From contig CAWKFG010000002.1 of assembly GCA_963848965.1 (NCBI GenBank), positions 8,022 through 72,021 on the forward strand: a stretch of DNA of 64,000 bases. Direction: 5' to 3'. Source of the stretch: an uncultured bacterium. GTDB taxonomy: Bacteria > Babelota > Babeliae > Babelales > Babelaceae. Position 1 is the stretch's first letter. Every line of letters begins with the position of its first letter. The notes under the pieces were generated by a model, which was given only the letters and a program-made list of their open reading frames with translations, had not been told where the DNA came from and ran no database searches. A program made the translations under genes and the position numbers. Below, piece by piece: positions 19,374 to 29,060 of this stretch.

Positions 19374-20731
19374 TTTTCCTTGTCGAGCAATAAGCTTATA
19401 ATGTACTGGTAGCTTTCCTTTTTTGGACCAGTAATACCTGTTTCTCTGATTTGTGCATTAGCAATTGCCAATGCTGTCATGCCATCTACATTCTGGATAT
19501 CAATGTCTGGGCTTAAGCTTCTAGGAATATATATTACAAAACGCTTATCATTAATAACAGTAGCTCCTCTAATAAGCTCTTCTGCTATCTTTGCATAACC
19601 CTTTTTTGCAGCCCACATTAGAGCAGTCATACCATTCTTATCTTGGATATCGATTTCGGCTCCTTTATCTAGAAGATATTCTACTCCATCGTAACAGTTA
19701 TTTTTTACAGCATTTATTAAGGCAGTATTTCCTTCTTTATCTTGAATATTAACATCTGCTCCGGCTTTTATAAGAAGTTTTACCCAACTTTTATTACAAT
19801 CACGATTTTTTACGGCAAGTATTAAGGCAGTCTTTCCTTTTTTATCTTGAATATTAACACCTGCTCCTGCTTTTATAAGAAGTTTTACTAAACTTTTATT
19901 GTAATTACCTTTCATAGCATTCATTAAAGCAGTATAACCATCTTTATTTTTAATATTAACATTAGCACCATGTGTTATAAGTAATTTTCCTATTTCTGCC
20001 AGGTCATTCTGAGTTCCTACGTCTAGTTGATCATTCCCTGCAGCCTCTATTAAAGCGGTATCGCCCAATTCATCTTGTGAATCAATATCTGAGCCTGCAC
20101 TAAGGAGTATTTCTACTATGTCTTTATGCCCGATAATAACAGCCTCCATCAAAGCAGTACAACCATCAATATCTCGAGCATTAACATTAATACCCATAGA
20201 TAAAAATTCTTTTACAACCTTTATAGTTCCCATAGTAGCTGCCCATATAAAATCTAGCTGCCTTAACCATTCTAAAGCACCAGGCGTATTTATTTCTTTT
20301 GCTATATCTTTTGCCATGCTTGAATAGAAAGACCTCTTAGATTCTTTACAGCATTTCCTATCTAATTCACTTATAAGAATTCTATTAAAATCAGGGTTAT
20401 TAAAAAGAAATTGTAAGTCTTTATCTTTAGATAATTCTTTTACTGTAACTAAGGCATTATTATAGTCTGCGCAGTTTATAAGCTCTAATTGTTGCTGAAG
20501 ACTATTAAGAGCTTCAATAAAAGAAGATGAGCTTGAACGCTCTGATACTTCCTTCATTCTTTGCACTAGTTCAACCAATTCATTAACATCTTTAAATTCA
20601 GTAGAAAATCTATCAATTTCCTGCCTCAATTCTTGCGGTAAAATATCTAAATAACTTTCTTGTTTTTGTGCCACTTGCATAGCAAGTGTATAACTAGATA
20701 ATCCTAATGCCATAATGATTATTTTTTTCAT
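19364..20731 (-). CDS. Secreted multi-ankyrin protein with N-terminal F-box-like motif
   Basis: Signal peptide then AMQ; YLDILPQELRQEI; many G.TAL..A / GADVNIQD repeats. Confidence 0.9.
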   Translation of the reverse strand: MKKIIIMALGLSSYTLAMQVAQKQESYLDILPQELRQEIDRFSTEFKDVNELVELVQRMKEVSERSSSSSFIEALNSLQQQLELINCADYNNALVTVKELSKDKDLQFLFNNPDFNRILISELDRKCCKESKRSFYSSMAKDIAKEINTPGALEWLRQLDFIWAATMGTIKVVKEFLSMGINVNARDIDGCTALMEAVIIGHKDIVEILLSAGSDIDSQDELGDTALIEAAGNDQLDVGTQNDLAEIGKLLITHGANVNIKNKDGYTALMNAMKGNYNKSLVKLLIKAGAGVNIQDKKGKTALILAVKNRDCNKSWVKLLIKAGADVNIQDKEGNTALINAVKNNCYDGVEYLLDKGAEIDIQDKNGMTALMWAAKKGYAKIAEELIRGATVINDKRFVIYIPRSLSPDIDIQNVDGMTALAIANAQIRETGITGPKKESYQYIISLLLDKEKKE

Positions 20732-20959
20732 AATAGTATCCTTATTTTATACTTTTTTAATTTTATTAACAATGTATACTTGTTTTCAAAAAATGCAATA
20801 GAGAAACTTGTCTAAGCAGGGCAATCGCATTAAAAAAATCTGCAAAAGTATACTACTCATGAAATAAAAACCCTTTAGTCATGAGGAGTTAAAAAGAGAG
20901 ACAGTGCTCAGAATGTGGCTCTAATTCGATCTTTATGCTTAAACTCATCTTATTTGCTA

Positions 20960-22291
20960 TCATCTTAGAGGACGCTTTTCTGCTTTTCTAACAATTCTTG
21001 TAAAAGTAGAAATAGACGGCTCTTGTAGCTTTACTACAGTATCCATAGTAACCATCTCTTTTACCAGAGGCTTTATAGTCTCATTAAAGTACACACACTT
21101 GAAATTCATCATTCTATTTTTTATGTTCTCTCGGTACTCTTTATTCTCAAGATACTTCTTAAGCACTGTAGGAACTTCCTTAAAGTTGGTAATAACATCA
21201 CCAAAGCCATTGCGTTTAACAAAGTCTATATTAAGTCCTTCCCACCAAAGTGTACCACTTGTTTGATCTACGACTATAGGTAAATGAGAAACAATTGCTT
21301 CAGATATTGAACCTGGACCAGGTTTTGTAATAAGCACATCTGAAACTGCCATTAAATCTGCTATACGATCAGTAAATCCTAAAATTGTAGTAGTAATATG
21401 AGGTGGTAACATAATCTTACTAATGTTCTTTTTGAGTGATTCGTTTCTTCCTAAACATACAATAAGATGCATAGGCGTATCCATCTTTGCAAGAGCTCGA
21501 ACATAGCGATAATTTGCAAGCGAACCAGCTCCTCCCATAAGCACCATAACGATCGGTTTATTATCTGGTAATGTAAAGTCCTTTTTAATACGTTTTCTGT
21601 TTTTCTTTACAAAAAATTCTGGCCTCAATGGAAATCCTACAACACGAACTTGATGAGCAGGAATATTTGCAGGTACTATTTTCTCTCGAATAACTTTGTC
21701 ATCAAACGTTAAGGTATAACAAAATTTAGAATATTTAGGATCTTTAATACCATTAATATAGTTTGTACTATCAAGATCGTTTGTAATTATAAGAAACGGC
21801 ACATTAAGCTTTTGTGCTACATTTAAAAGAGCACCATCAAGCATTGGTATAACCGAAATAATAAGATCCGGCTTCTCATATTTAAAAAACTCTAAGATTA
21901 ACCATTCTATAGTACTTTGGCGTAAATTTACTCCCCACCTTCCTACAACAACAAAGTTGTTAGCAATTGTTGTCCATCTACATTGTAAACAAAAGTTATA
22001 AAAATCTTCCCCTGCCATTTTGCCAAAACTGAGTGTACGCAGTGTATCAAATGGCCCAATAACGTCTTGAAAGATATTCAATGTAGTAACATCATAGTCA
22101 TCTTTTAAATATTCATTAAGCCCTTTAGCTACTGCTATATGTCCTCCGCCTCCCTTACACATAAAAACAACAATTCTTTTCTTTACAGGAGCTATAGTAC
22201 AAACACGAGGACGACGCATATTACGAGGAACAGAAATTATATATGAAGTAGTCCCTACCAACAAACACAAAATAAAATTTTTTATACTCAT
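20960..22291 (-). CDS. MGDG synthase/UgtP-like glycosyltransferase (GT28)
   Basis: GGGGH, GFPLRPEF, MGGAG, DVLITKPGPGSISEA. Confidence 0.88.
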   Translation of the reverse strand: MSIKNFILCLLVGTTSYIISVPRNMRRPRVCTIAPVKKRIVVFMCKGGGGHIAVAKGLNEYLKDDYDVTTLNIFQDVIGPFDTLRTLSFGKMAGEDFYNFCLQCRWTTIANNFVVVGRWGVNLRQSTIEWLILEFFKYEKPDLIISVIPMLDGALLNVAQKLNVPFLIITNDLDSTNYINGIKDPKYSKFCYTLTFDDKVIREKIVPANIPAHQVRVVGFPLRPEFFVKKNRKRIKKDFTLPDNKPIVMVLMGGAGSLANYRYVRALAKMDTPMHLIVCLGRNESLKKNISKIMLPPHITTTILGFTDRIADLMAVSDVLITKPGPGSISEAIVSHLPIVVDQTSGTLWWEGLNIDFVKRNGFGDVITNFKEVPTVLKKYLENKEYRENIKNRMMNFKCVYFNETIKPLVKEMVTMDTVVKLQEPSISTFTRIVRKAEKRPLR

Positions 22292-22517
22292 ACTTATTGT
22301 TAATTCTAGAAGAAGTACTTAAAGATAAGGTTATCCAATTTTACTATACACTTTTTTTCAAGTTTTCCTATCTTAGTATACTTCAACCACAGAAAAAATA
22401 AAAAAGGAGCATCTCTTTCGTAGAAATGATCTCTCATGCTTACAAAATATACCTACGTACCATGTACAAATGTGAGCGTTACTTACAGAAAAAGAGATAA
22501 AAATGCTCTAAGCACTA

Positions 22518-23546
22518 CTAACAAACTACCCAGAATTCAAACAGATAGATAAACACACTGATAACAAATACTTGTAGACCTATGCTCAAAAACTTTTTGT
22601 GCCTTACTGTTAAATAAGGTCCCAAAACATTCATAAAAAACATGAACGTTGATGTTCCTAAAAATAAAAAGAAAAAATAATCTGCTAATGTTGAATATCC
22701 TACTTTAGGTACAATCGTTTCAATAACAAAGCGATATGCCAAAAGACCTGTAATGTTGGTCGTAGAAAGCTGAATAAGCGTCGATTGATTTTCTTTATGA
22801 TCCAAACACAAAGAAAAGAGCTCTATAAAAAATATTATAAGTAAGGGAAGAATAATCATAATGATATAGCGAACACTATAATGGTAGTAATCCATCTCAA
22901 AAAGTACCTGAGGAAATTGTAAATCTTTCACATCTTTACCCATATGCAAAGTCCCATATCCTGCTACTACACTTTTATCTTGAAACTGCCATCCAGAAAC
23001 AAAAGCTTCATCCGAAATTATAAAATCTTGTTCAGATACTTCAAAGATAATTTCATGAGGTGAAACCGAAATATTAGCAAGAGAAAGAAAAATGCGGTGA
23101 TCTTCAAAAGGAAAATACCCATAATATAAATTTGTTTTAAACGAAATACGTATTGTATAACGAGCTATAACATGGTCGCCTACTAAATAGGTAGAAGGCT
23201 CGCCTTTTTCTTCAATATCACCTTTTATAAAAATAAACTTGCTTATAGTATCAAGGGTAATAAGGCTTGGATCGAACTTAAACCATACTACACCAGACAC
23301 TTTAAACTTGTTATTAATGGTATCAAATTCAATAAAGTTATAAATGGAAAAACCAACTTGAACTTTAACAGATGCAGAACCAAACTTACTAAGCTCAGCG
23401 GGAGTCATAAGCGTTATAGATGGCTGTCTATCAAGAGAGCAGAAACGATGAAATAAAGAAAATACCAAAAAAACAATAATACAGGCAGTGATGCTTATAG
23501 TTACTGCTTGAAAGCGGGGACTTAATTCATTAACTTCTGCTGACAT
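22518..23546 (-). CDS. Pentameric ligand-gated ion channel-like protein
   Basis: VQVGFSI...EFD...F.VSG.VWF, Pro-loop YFPFEDH, ILPL in M1, PKVGYSTLAD M2-M3 loop, four C-terminal TMs. Confidence 0.75.
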   Translation of the reverse strand: MSAEVNELSPRFQAVTISITACIIVFLVFSLFHRFCSLDRQPSITLMTPAELSKFGSASVKVQVGFSIYNFIEFDTINNKFKVSGVVWFKFDPSLITLDTISKFIFIKGDIEEKGEPSTYLVGDHVIARYTIRISFKTNLYYGYFPFEDHRIFLSLANISVSPHEIIFEVSEQDFIISDEAFVSGWQFQDKSVVAGYGTLHMGKDVKDLQFPQVLFEMDYYHYSVRYIIMIILPLLIIFFIELFSLCLDHKENQSTLIQLSTTNITGLLAYRFVIETIVPKVGYSTLADYFFFLFLGTSTFMFFMNVLGPYLTVRHKKFLSIGLQVFVISVFIYLFEFWVVC

Positions 23547-23557
23547 AAAAGAGCTCC

Positions 23558-24904
23558 CTAAAAGATATAATAAAGAGCTGCCAATATTCGTACGTTGTTA
23601 ACAGGATCTGTATTTCTTACTCGACCGCAACTATCTGGTGTTCCATAAGCAGCTCGAGCGAATTCTATTTCTAATCCAAAACGTATAGGATCCTTTCTAA
23701 ATACATAACGTGGAAATACTTGTAATGAATAATCTATTTTTTCAGATACATTACCAAGCGTAAAGGCAATTGGTTGTCCGGTTGTTGGATCAAGAAACAA
23801 TCTATGCCGTGTACCAAGATTCTTAATACCCCCCACAAAAAGACCAAGCTCCATGCTATCACAACAGAATATATAAGACATATCAATCCAGCCACCTGCT
23901 ACATTAATATTCGTATACGTACGAAAATCAGTAACAGGATCAATAGTACTTACTGCATAGCCACCAAGTACAAGCTGGTCAGCTGCATTTTGAGCATATA
24001 AGCCTTTCATTCGAACAGAAAAAGGAGCTCGAGTATATGCAGCAAATGCTTCAAATATAAAGCTATTAATATGTTCATCTACTTTTACGTTTTTATCAGT
24101 TACAACGCGGGGTACAAGCCGCTTAAAATCCCCTGCAACACCTACAAGATTGTCACCTTCACCAAAATATCTGCGAAATTGTAAGTGAAAATTAGGCGTA
24201 AGAGAGTTACGTATATAGACAGTATTAGGTCCAATAGGGCCAGGACTTGCAAAATCGCGCTGACTTAAAGCTGCAAATATTACTTCATAATCATGACCAA
24301 ATCTTTGAGTAACTCGAAATTGAGGATCTCGTGCTTGAGGCTCTATGCCAGCACCAACAGCAAACGTAACTGTATGGGGAAAAGATTCAACAATAAAGAG
24401 AGGATGCCAGAATTGACCAAAAATAAATGAGCCTGTAGGCCACTCAACTTTTCCATAAGCATGCCGTACCCGAAAAGCGCCAATAGAATCCTCGGTAATT
24501 CCTCTAAAATCTGCCTCAATAATACCGCTTGTTTTAATACAGCCCCAGTCAGGACCTGTTATTTTTAATCCAACACGAGATTCAATCATAGTTATATGAT
24601 ATGATCCATGTGCATTAATATCGCGGCCAAAGATATCCGGTCTTCGTGGAGCAGGAAAAATCACAATATGCTCTTCTCGTGAAGCAATAATGTCGCGAGT
24701 ATCATAAAAGATTTCACAATTTATATACCCATAAGGAGTAACTCCAACCTTTGCATCCTCAAGTGGACGCCACATAATTGGTCTTCCTGAAGAAGGTTTA
24801 CATGAAGAGCTTCCTATAGCAGGTACTTGATCAACCTCTTGGCCATACACATATCCTGCTCCTGCAATAAGCATGAGCAAATAGTATACTCTTCCCTTCT
24901 TCAT
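23558..24904 (-). CDS. Outer-membrane beta-barrel porin (DcaP-like)
   Basis: Signal peptide; YGYI, SRVG, IEADF, FRVRHAY, GQFW; C-terminal Phe. Confidence 0.75.
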   Translation of the reverse strand: MKKGRVYYLLMLIAGAGYVYGQEVDQVPAIGSSSCKPSSGRPIMWRPLEDAKVGVTPYGYINCEIFYDTRDIIASREEHIVIFPAPRRPDIFGRDINAHGSYHITMIESRVGLKITGPDWGCIKTSGIIEADFRGITEDSIGAFRVRHAYGKVEWPTGSFIFGQFWHPLFIVESFPHTVTFAVGAGIEPQARDPQFRVTQRFGHDYEVIFAALSQRDFASPGPIGPNTVYIRNSLTPNFHLQFRRYFGEGDNLVGVAGDFKRLVPRVVTDKNVKVDEHINSFIFEAFAAYTRAPFSVRMKGLYAQNAADQLVLGGYAVSTIDPVTDFRTYTNINVAGGWIDMSYIFCCDSMELGLFVGGIKNLGTRHRLFLDPTTGQPIAFTLGNVSEKIDYSLQVFPRYVFRKDPIRFGLEIEFARAAYGTPDSCGRVRNTDPVNNVRILAALYYIF

Positions 24905-25150
24905 TCCTATCCCTTTTTATAATGCTTCTATAAACTGTTTTCGGCAGATTACTATAAAATTACAAGAGATGCAACTTGAGACCGGACAATTAAGAAGGCT
25001 ATTTACAAATCTGCCGGGTTTTTAGGTAATAGACTTGGGTAATTCTTAAGATCTAACTTTAAAGTTGCACACGATCCCATCTTCTCGTTTTACTGGGAAT
25101 GTGCTATTATTAAATTACAAGGATAATTTTTAAGTATGACAGGTAAGGCT

Positions 25151-27745
25151 ATGGATTCACTGAAAGTTCGACAAAAATTTTTTCACTATTTTACTGAGCG
25201 AGGACACACGCAGGTACCAAGCTCTTCACTTATACCTGCACAAGACCCAACGTTGCTTTTTACTAATGCAGGAATGAATCAATTTAAAGATCTTTTTTTA
25301 GGCAAAGAGACACGCAGTTATAAACGAGCTGTCTCTATTCAAAAATGTATTCGTGCTGGCGGAAAGCATAATGACCTAGAAAATGTAGGGTTCACCAAAC
25401 GCCATCTCACATTCTTTGAAATGATGGGCAACTTCTCTTTTGGAGACTATTTTAAGCGCGAAGCAATACAGTACGCGTGGGAATTTCTTACCAAAGAGAT
25501 AGGATTACCTGCAGATAAACTTTATGCAAGTATTTACTATAAAGATGATGAAGCCTATACCATATGGCATAAGGAGATTGGTCTACCAGAAAACCGCATC
25601 GTACGACTTGGTGAACAAGATAACTTCTGGCAGATGGGTGATACCGGACCATGCGGTCCTTGTTCAGAAATTTATATCGATCGCGGTATAGGATATTCGT
25701 GTGAAGGAAAAGAATGTGCACCTGGCTGTTCTTGTGATAGATTCTTAGAGATCTGGAATCTCGTATTTATGCAATATGATAGACAATCAGATGGTACTGA
25801 TAAACCTCTCAAGCAAACGGGTGTTGATACTGGTATGGGTCTTGAACGGCTGTGTGCTATCATACAAGAGAAAGATTCCGTCTACGATACTGATCTTTTT
25901 GCTCCACTTATACAAGCAGTTGAGCAGCTTACGGGCATCATCTATTGCTCTGCATCTGGTGAAATACAAGCTGCATTTCGAGTTCTTGCAGATCATATTC
26001 GTTCATCTGCTTTTGCTATTGCCGATGGCTGTACCCCTTCAAATGAAGGACGCGGCTATGTGCTCAGAAAGATTATAAGAAGAGCTGCGCTCTTTGCTCA
26101 AAAACTTCATAAAAAGAATATATTTCCTGATTTAGCACCAGCTCTCATTAAAGCAATGAGCCCTCTATACCCCGAGCTTCAAACACATGCGATGGTGATT
26201 TCTTCTATTCTTAAAAGTGAAGTAGAAAAATTCTCTGCAAACCTTATTAATGGACAACAGATTCTTGCAAAATATTTTGAAGAAAATCACACATCAAAAA
26301 CGATAGCAGGAGCTCAGGCATTTAAACTTTATGATACGTATGGTTTTCCTCTTGAACTCACAAAAGTTATTGCCTATGAGCATGGGTTTACCGTTGATAC
26401 AGAGGGATTTGAAGATCTTATGGAACAGCAACGGATACAATCTGGTAAAAAGCAAGCACAAGAAGAATGCTCTCTTGACGAGTCCGTATATACACACTTT
26501 ACGGGATACGATGAACATGTTACACAGACTGTTATCACTGCACTTCTTGTCAATAATAAGCCTATCGATAAAGTGGAACCTGGTACGCTTGTCTCTGTTG
26601 TCACAGAAAAGTCTCCCTTCTATGTTGAATGTGGTGGACAAATAAGTGACCAAGGATTTATAAAAGTTCATGATAAAGAAGCAAAACTCTTAGGCCTTAA
26701 AAAGATTCATAAAGCAATTGCAGCTGACATTGAAGCACCAAGCACATTGCATGTAGGTGATACCGCTACGTTAGTAGTTGACAGTCCTAGCCGTATCAAT
26801 ACTATGAAAAACCACACAGCAACACACCTATTACAGGCTGCTTTAATTGCTATTGTTGGCAAAGGAGTAAAGCAATCAGGATCTGTTGTTACACCTGATT
26901 ATCTACGATTTGACTTTACATACCATGAAAATTTAACCCCTGAGCAAATAACCTCTATTGAGAACCTTGTTAATGATAAAATAATGCACAATATCCCAGT
27001 GCGAGTAACAGAGACAACGCTCAAAGACGCTCAAGAGCGTGGTGTTATCGCATTCTTTGGTGAAAAGTATAATCCTGAAAAAGTTCGTGTCGTTGAAGTT
27101 CCTAGTTTTTCAGCAGAGCTTTGCGGTGGTACCCATGTACGAGCTACCGGTGATATAGGTGCTTTTAAAATTACCGAGGTATCTTCTCTTTCAGCAGGTA
27201 ACAGAAGAATTGTTGCACTTACAGGACCTGGTGCTCTTGCACTGTTCCAGCAAACATTCAGTTTAGCCAAAAGCCTTAGTCAAGAATTTAAAGTACCTCT
27301 TGAGAGCGTGGCTGACGCTGTACAAAAACAGAAAGAGCAGCTAAAATCTGCAAAAACCTATGCAAGAGATCTTAAAAAGCAACTGTATAAACTTCAAATG
27401 CCTGAGTGGGCTACCAAAATTCAAAACTTTGGCTCAGTTCCCTTTCTTTATCTAGCAATTAAAGATGCATCTGCAGAAGATCTTAAAGAGATTGCACAAG
27501 AATTTATGCGAGTACAACCGGGACTCTATTTCTTAGTTGGCCAAGAAGGAGCACGAGTACATTATTTTGCATCGCTTGCTCCGCAGCTTGCACAAAAAGT
27601 AAATCTTCAAGCATTTAATACCTGGCTCAAAGAGCATGGTCTACGAGGAGGAGTAAGCGGAACAACTCTTCAGGGAGGTGCACCCACTTTAGATCTTGAT
27701 CTTGAATATGGTATTAAAAAATGGTTACATGATCATATACAATAA
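25151..27745 (+). CDS. alaS: Alanine--tRNA ligase
   Basis: DPTLLFTNAGM, FEMMGNFSFGDYFK, DTGMGLER, HTATHLL, ELCGGTH. Confidence 0.98.
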   Translation: MDSLKVRQKFFHYFTERGHTQVPSSSLIPAQDPTLLFTNAGMNQFKDLFLGKETRSYKRAVSIQKCIRAGGKHNDLENVGFTKRHLTFFEMMGNFSFGDYFKREAIQYAWEFLTKEIGLPADKLYASIYYKDDEAYTIWHKEIGLPENRIVRLGEQDNFWQMGDTGPCGPCSEIYIDRGIGYSCEGKECAPGCSCDRFLEIWNLVFMQYDRQSDGTDKPLKQTGVDTGMGLERLCAIIQEKDSVYDTDLFAPLIQAVEQLTGIIYCSASGEIQAAFRVLADHIRSSAFAIADGCTPSNEGRGYVLRKIIRRAALFAQKLHKKNIFPDLAPALIKAMSPLYPELQTHAMVISSILKSEVEKFSANLINGQQILAKYFEENHTSKTIAGAQAFKLYDTYGFPLELTKVIAYEHGFTVDTEGFEDLMEQQRIQSGKKQAQEECSLDESVYTHFTGYDEHVTQTVITALLVNNKPIDKVEPGTLVSVVTEKSPFYVECGGQISDQGFIKVHDKEAKLLGLKKIHKAIAADIEAPSTLHVGDTATLVVDSPSRINTMKNHTATHLLQAALIAIVGKGVKQSGSVVTPDYLRFDFTYHENLTPEQITSIENLVNDKIMHNIPVRVTETTLKDAQERGVIAFFGEKYNPEKVRVVEVPSFSAELCGGTHVRATGDIGAFKITEVSSLSAGNRRIVALTGPGALALFQQTFSLAKSLSQEFKVPLESVADAVQKQKEQLKSAKTYARDLKKQLYKLQMPEWATKIQNFGSVPFLYLAIKDASAEDLKEIAQEFMRVQPGLYFLVGQEGARVHYFASLAPQLAQKVNLQAFNTWLKEHGLRGGVSGTTLQGGAPTLDLDLEYGIKKWLHDHIQ

Positions 27746-27748
27746 AAA

Positions 27749-27771
27749 TAAGGCCGTTTTATGCGGCCTTA
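27749..27771. terminator. Hairpin between convergent alaS and pth
   Basis: taaggccg...cggcctta. Confidence 0.6.
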
Positions 27772-27781
27772 GAGAACACTG

Positions 27782-28315
27782 TTACTCATACAGTTTTTCG
27801 ATCATATCAGCTGCAGTCTCTATAAGACGCTCTACTTCCTCTGGCCGTTCTTTAAAGTTTTGAAGTACATACTGAGGAACTTCTTCTTTAACTGCCGGAC
27901 GGCCTATACCAAACCTTAGGCGTGTAAATTGATCTGAGAGATAAGAGATAAGTGATTTAAGGCCATTATGTCCTCGGGCACTTCCTCCTTTGCGCAAAGC
28001 CATTTTACCAAAAGGAAATTCCAGTTCGTCATGCACTACTAAAATATTATCCGCACGTATACCAGTCTTTGCAAAATAGGGAATCACTGCTCCTGAATTA
28101 TTCATAAATGTCTGCGGCTTTACCAAAGTAATAGAAACAGTTCCAATCTGTATCTGAGCGAGCTCCATTTTATCTTTAGAGCGCCATTGGCCACCAAAAC
28201 GCTGTGCAAGAGCATCTACAACAAGAAAGCCAATATTATGTCTTGTAAACTTATAAGCAGGCCCTGGGTTACCAAGGCCTATAATAACTTTAGGAGGTGT
28301 AATAGGTGTTTCCAT
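27782..28315 (-). CDS. pth: Peptidyl-tRNA hydrolase
   Basis: GLGNPG, TRHNIGF, KPQTFMN, HDEL, GHNGLKS. Confidence 0.97.
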   Translation of the reverse strand: METPITPPKVIIGLGNPGPAYKFTRHNIGFLVVDALAQRFGGQWRSKDKMELAQIQIGTVSITLVKPQTFMNNSGAVIPYFAKTGIRADNILVVHDELEFPFGKMALRKGGSARGHNGLKSLISYLSDQFTRLRFGIGRPAVKEEVPQYVLQNFKERPEEVERLIETAADMIEKLYE

Positions 28316-28359
28316 ACATTTATACTAAAAATGGCTGGAAAGTTCCAGCCATTATTCTT

Positions 28360-28989
28360 TTATACAGTCTTAGTTTTCTTTACAGGCTCTTTTTCTTTTT
28401 CTTTTGCTTTCTTAGCTTTTTCTTCTATATAGCCTTTGTTAAGAGCTGTAAGCACATCATCTGTGATATCAAATTGGTCAGCTCCTGCAAGAACTGCTTC
28501 TCCACGCAATACAAGGTCCCACCCTTGAGCAATTCGGATATCGTTAATAACTTTATCGAGCTTAGGGCCAACCTGCCCTTGGGCTTTTTTAACTTCATTC
28601 TGTGCGTATGATTCAATCTCTTGCATACGCATGCTCAGTTCATACTCAACACGAGCTACTTCTTCGTATTTACGCTTAAGAGCTTCTTGTGAAACTGCCC
28701 CACTTGATTGTAATCCTTGAAAATCTTTTTTACCTTTTTCATATTTATCACGAAGATCTGCTATCTCTTTTTGTGCAGGCTCAAGAATTTCTTGTATCTT
28801 GCCATAGAGATCACGCCACTCTGCTGATACTTGACCAAGCGCTTGTGGATCGAGAGAGATAATTTTTTGAATATTTACGAATGCAATCTTAGGAGCTGTT
28901 GCTACACGAGCTACTTTTGGAACTGCCTGCGAATTGCTAAAAAAACCAAGAACTGCCATAATACTTAATCCTAAAAATAAACGAGTCAT
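28360..28989 (-). CDS. skp: OmpH/Skp periplasmic chaperone
   Basis: Signal peptide, KIAFVNIQKI, coiled coil, DITDDVL; start at MTRLF. Confidence 0.8.
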   Translation of the reverse strand: MTRLFLGLSIMAVLGFFSNSQAVPKVARVATAPKIAFVNIQKIISLDPQALGQVSAEWRDLYGKIQEILEPAQKEIADLRDKYEKGKKDFQGLQSSGAVSQEALKRKYEEVARVEYELSMRMQEIESYAQNEVKKAQGQVGPKLDKVINDIRIAQGWDLVLRGEAVLAGADQFDITDDVLTALNKGYIEEKAKKAKEKEKEPVKKTKTV

Positions 28990-29060
28990 ACTAAACCTTT
29001 CTCTAAATAACACGGTGCATAGAAACCCTGTCAAAAGAGTAACGCTTTTAAAATAATTCG

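Noticed and set aside
19600..20000. Nucleotide repeats suggesting a DGR or repeat array
   Set aside because: Explained by in-frame ankyrin repeat duplication; no reverse transcriptase in the window.
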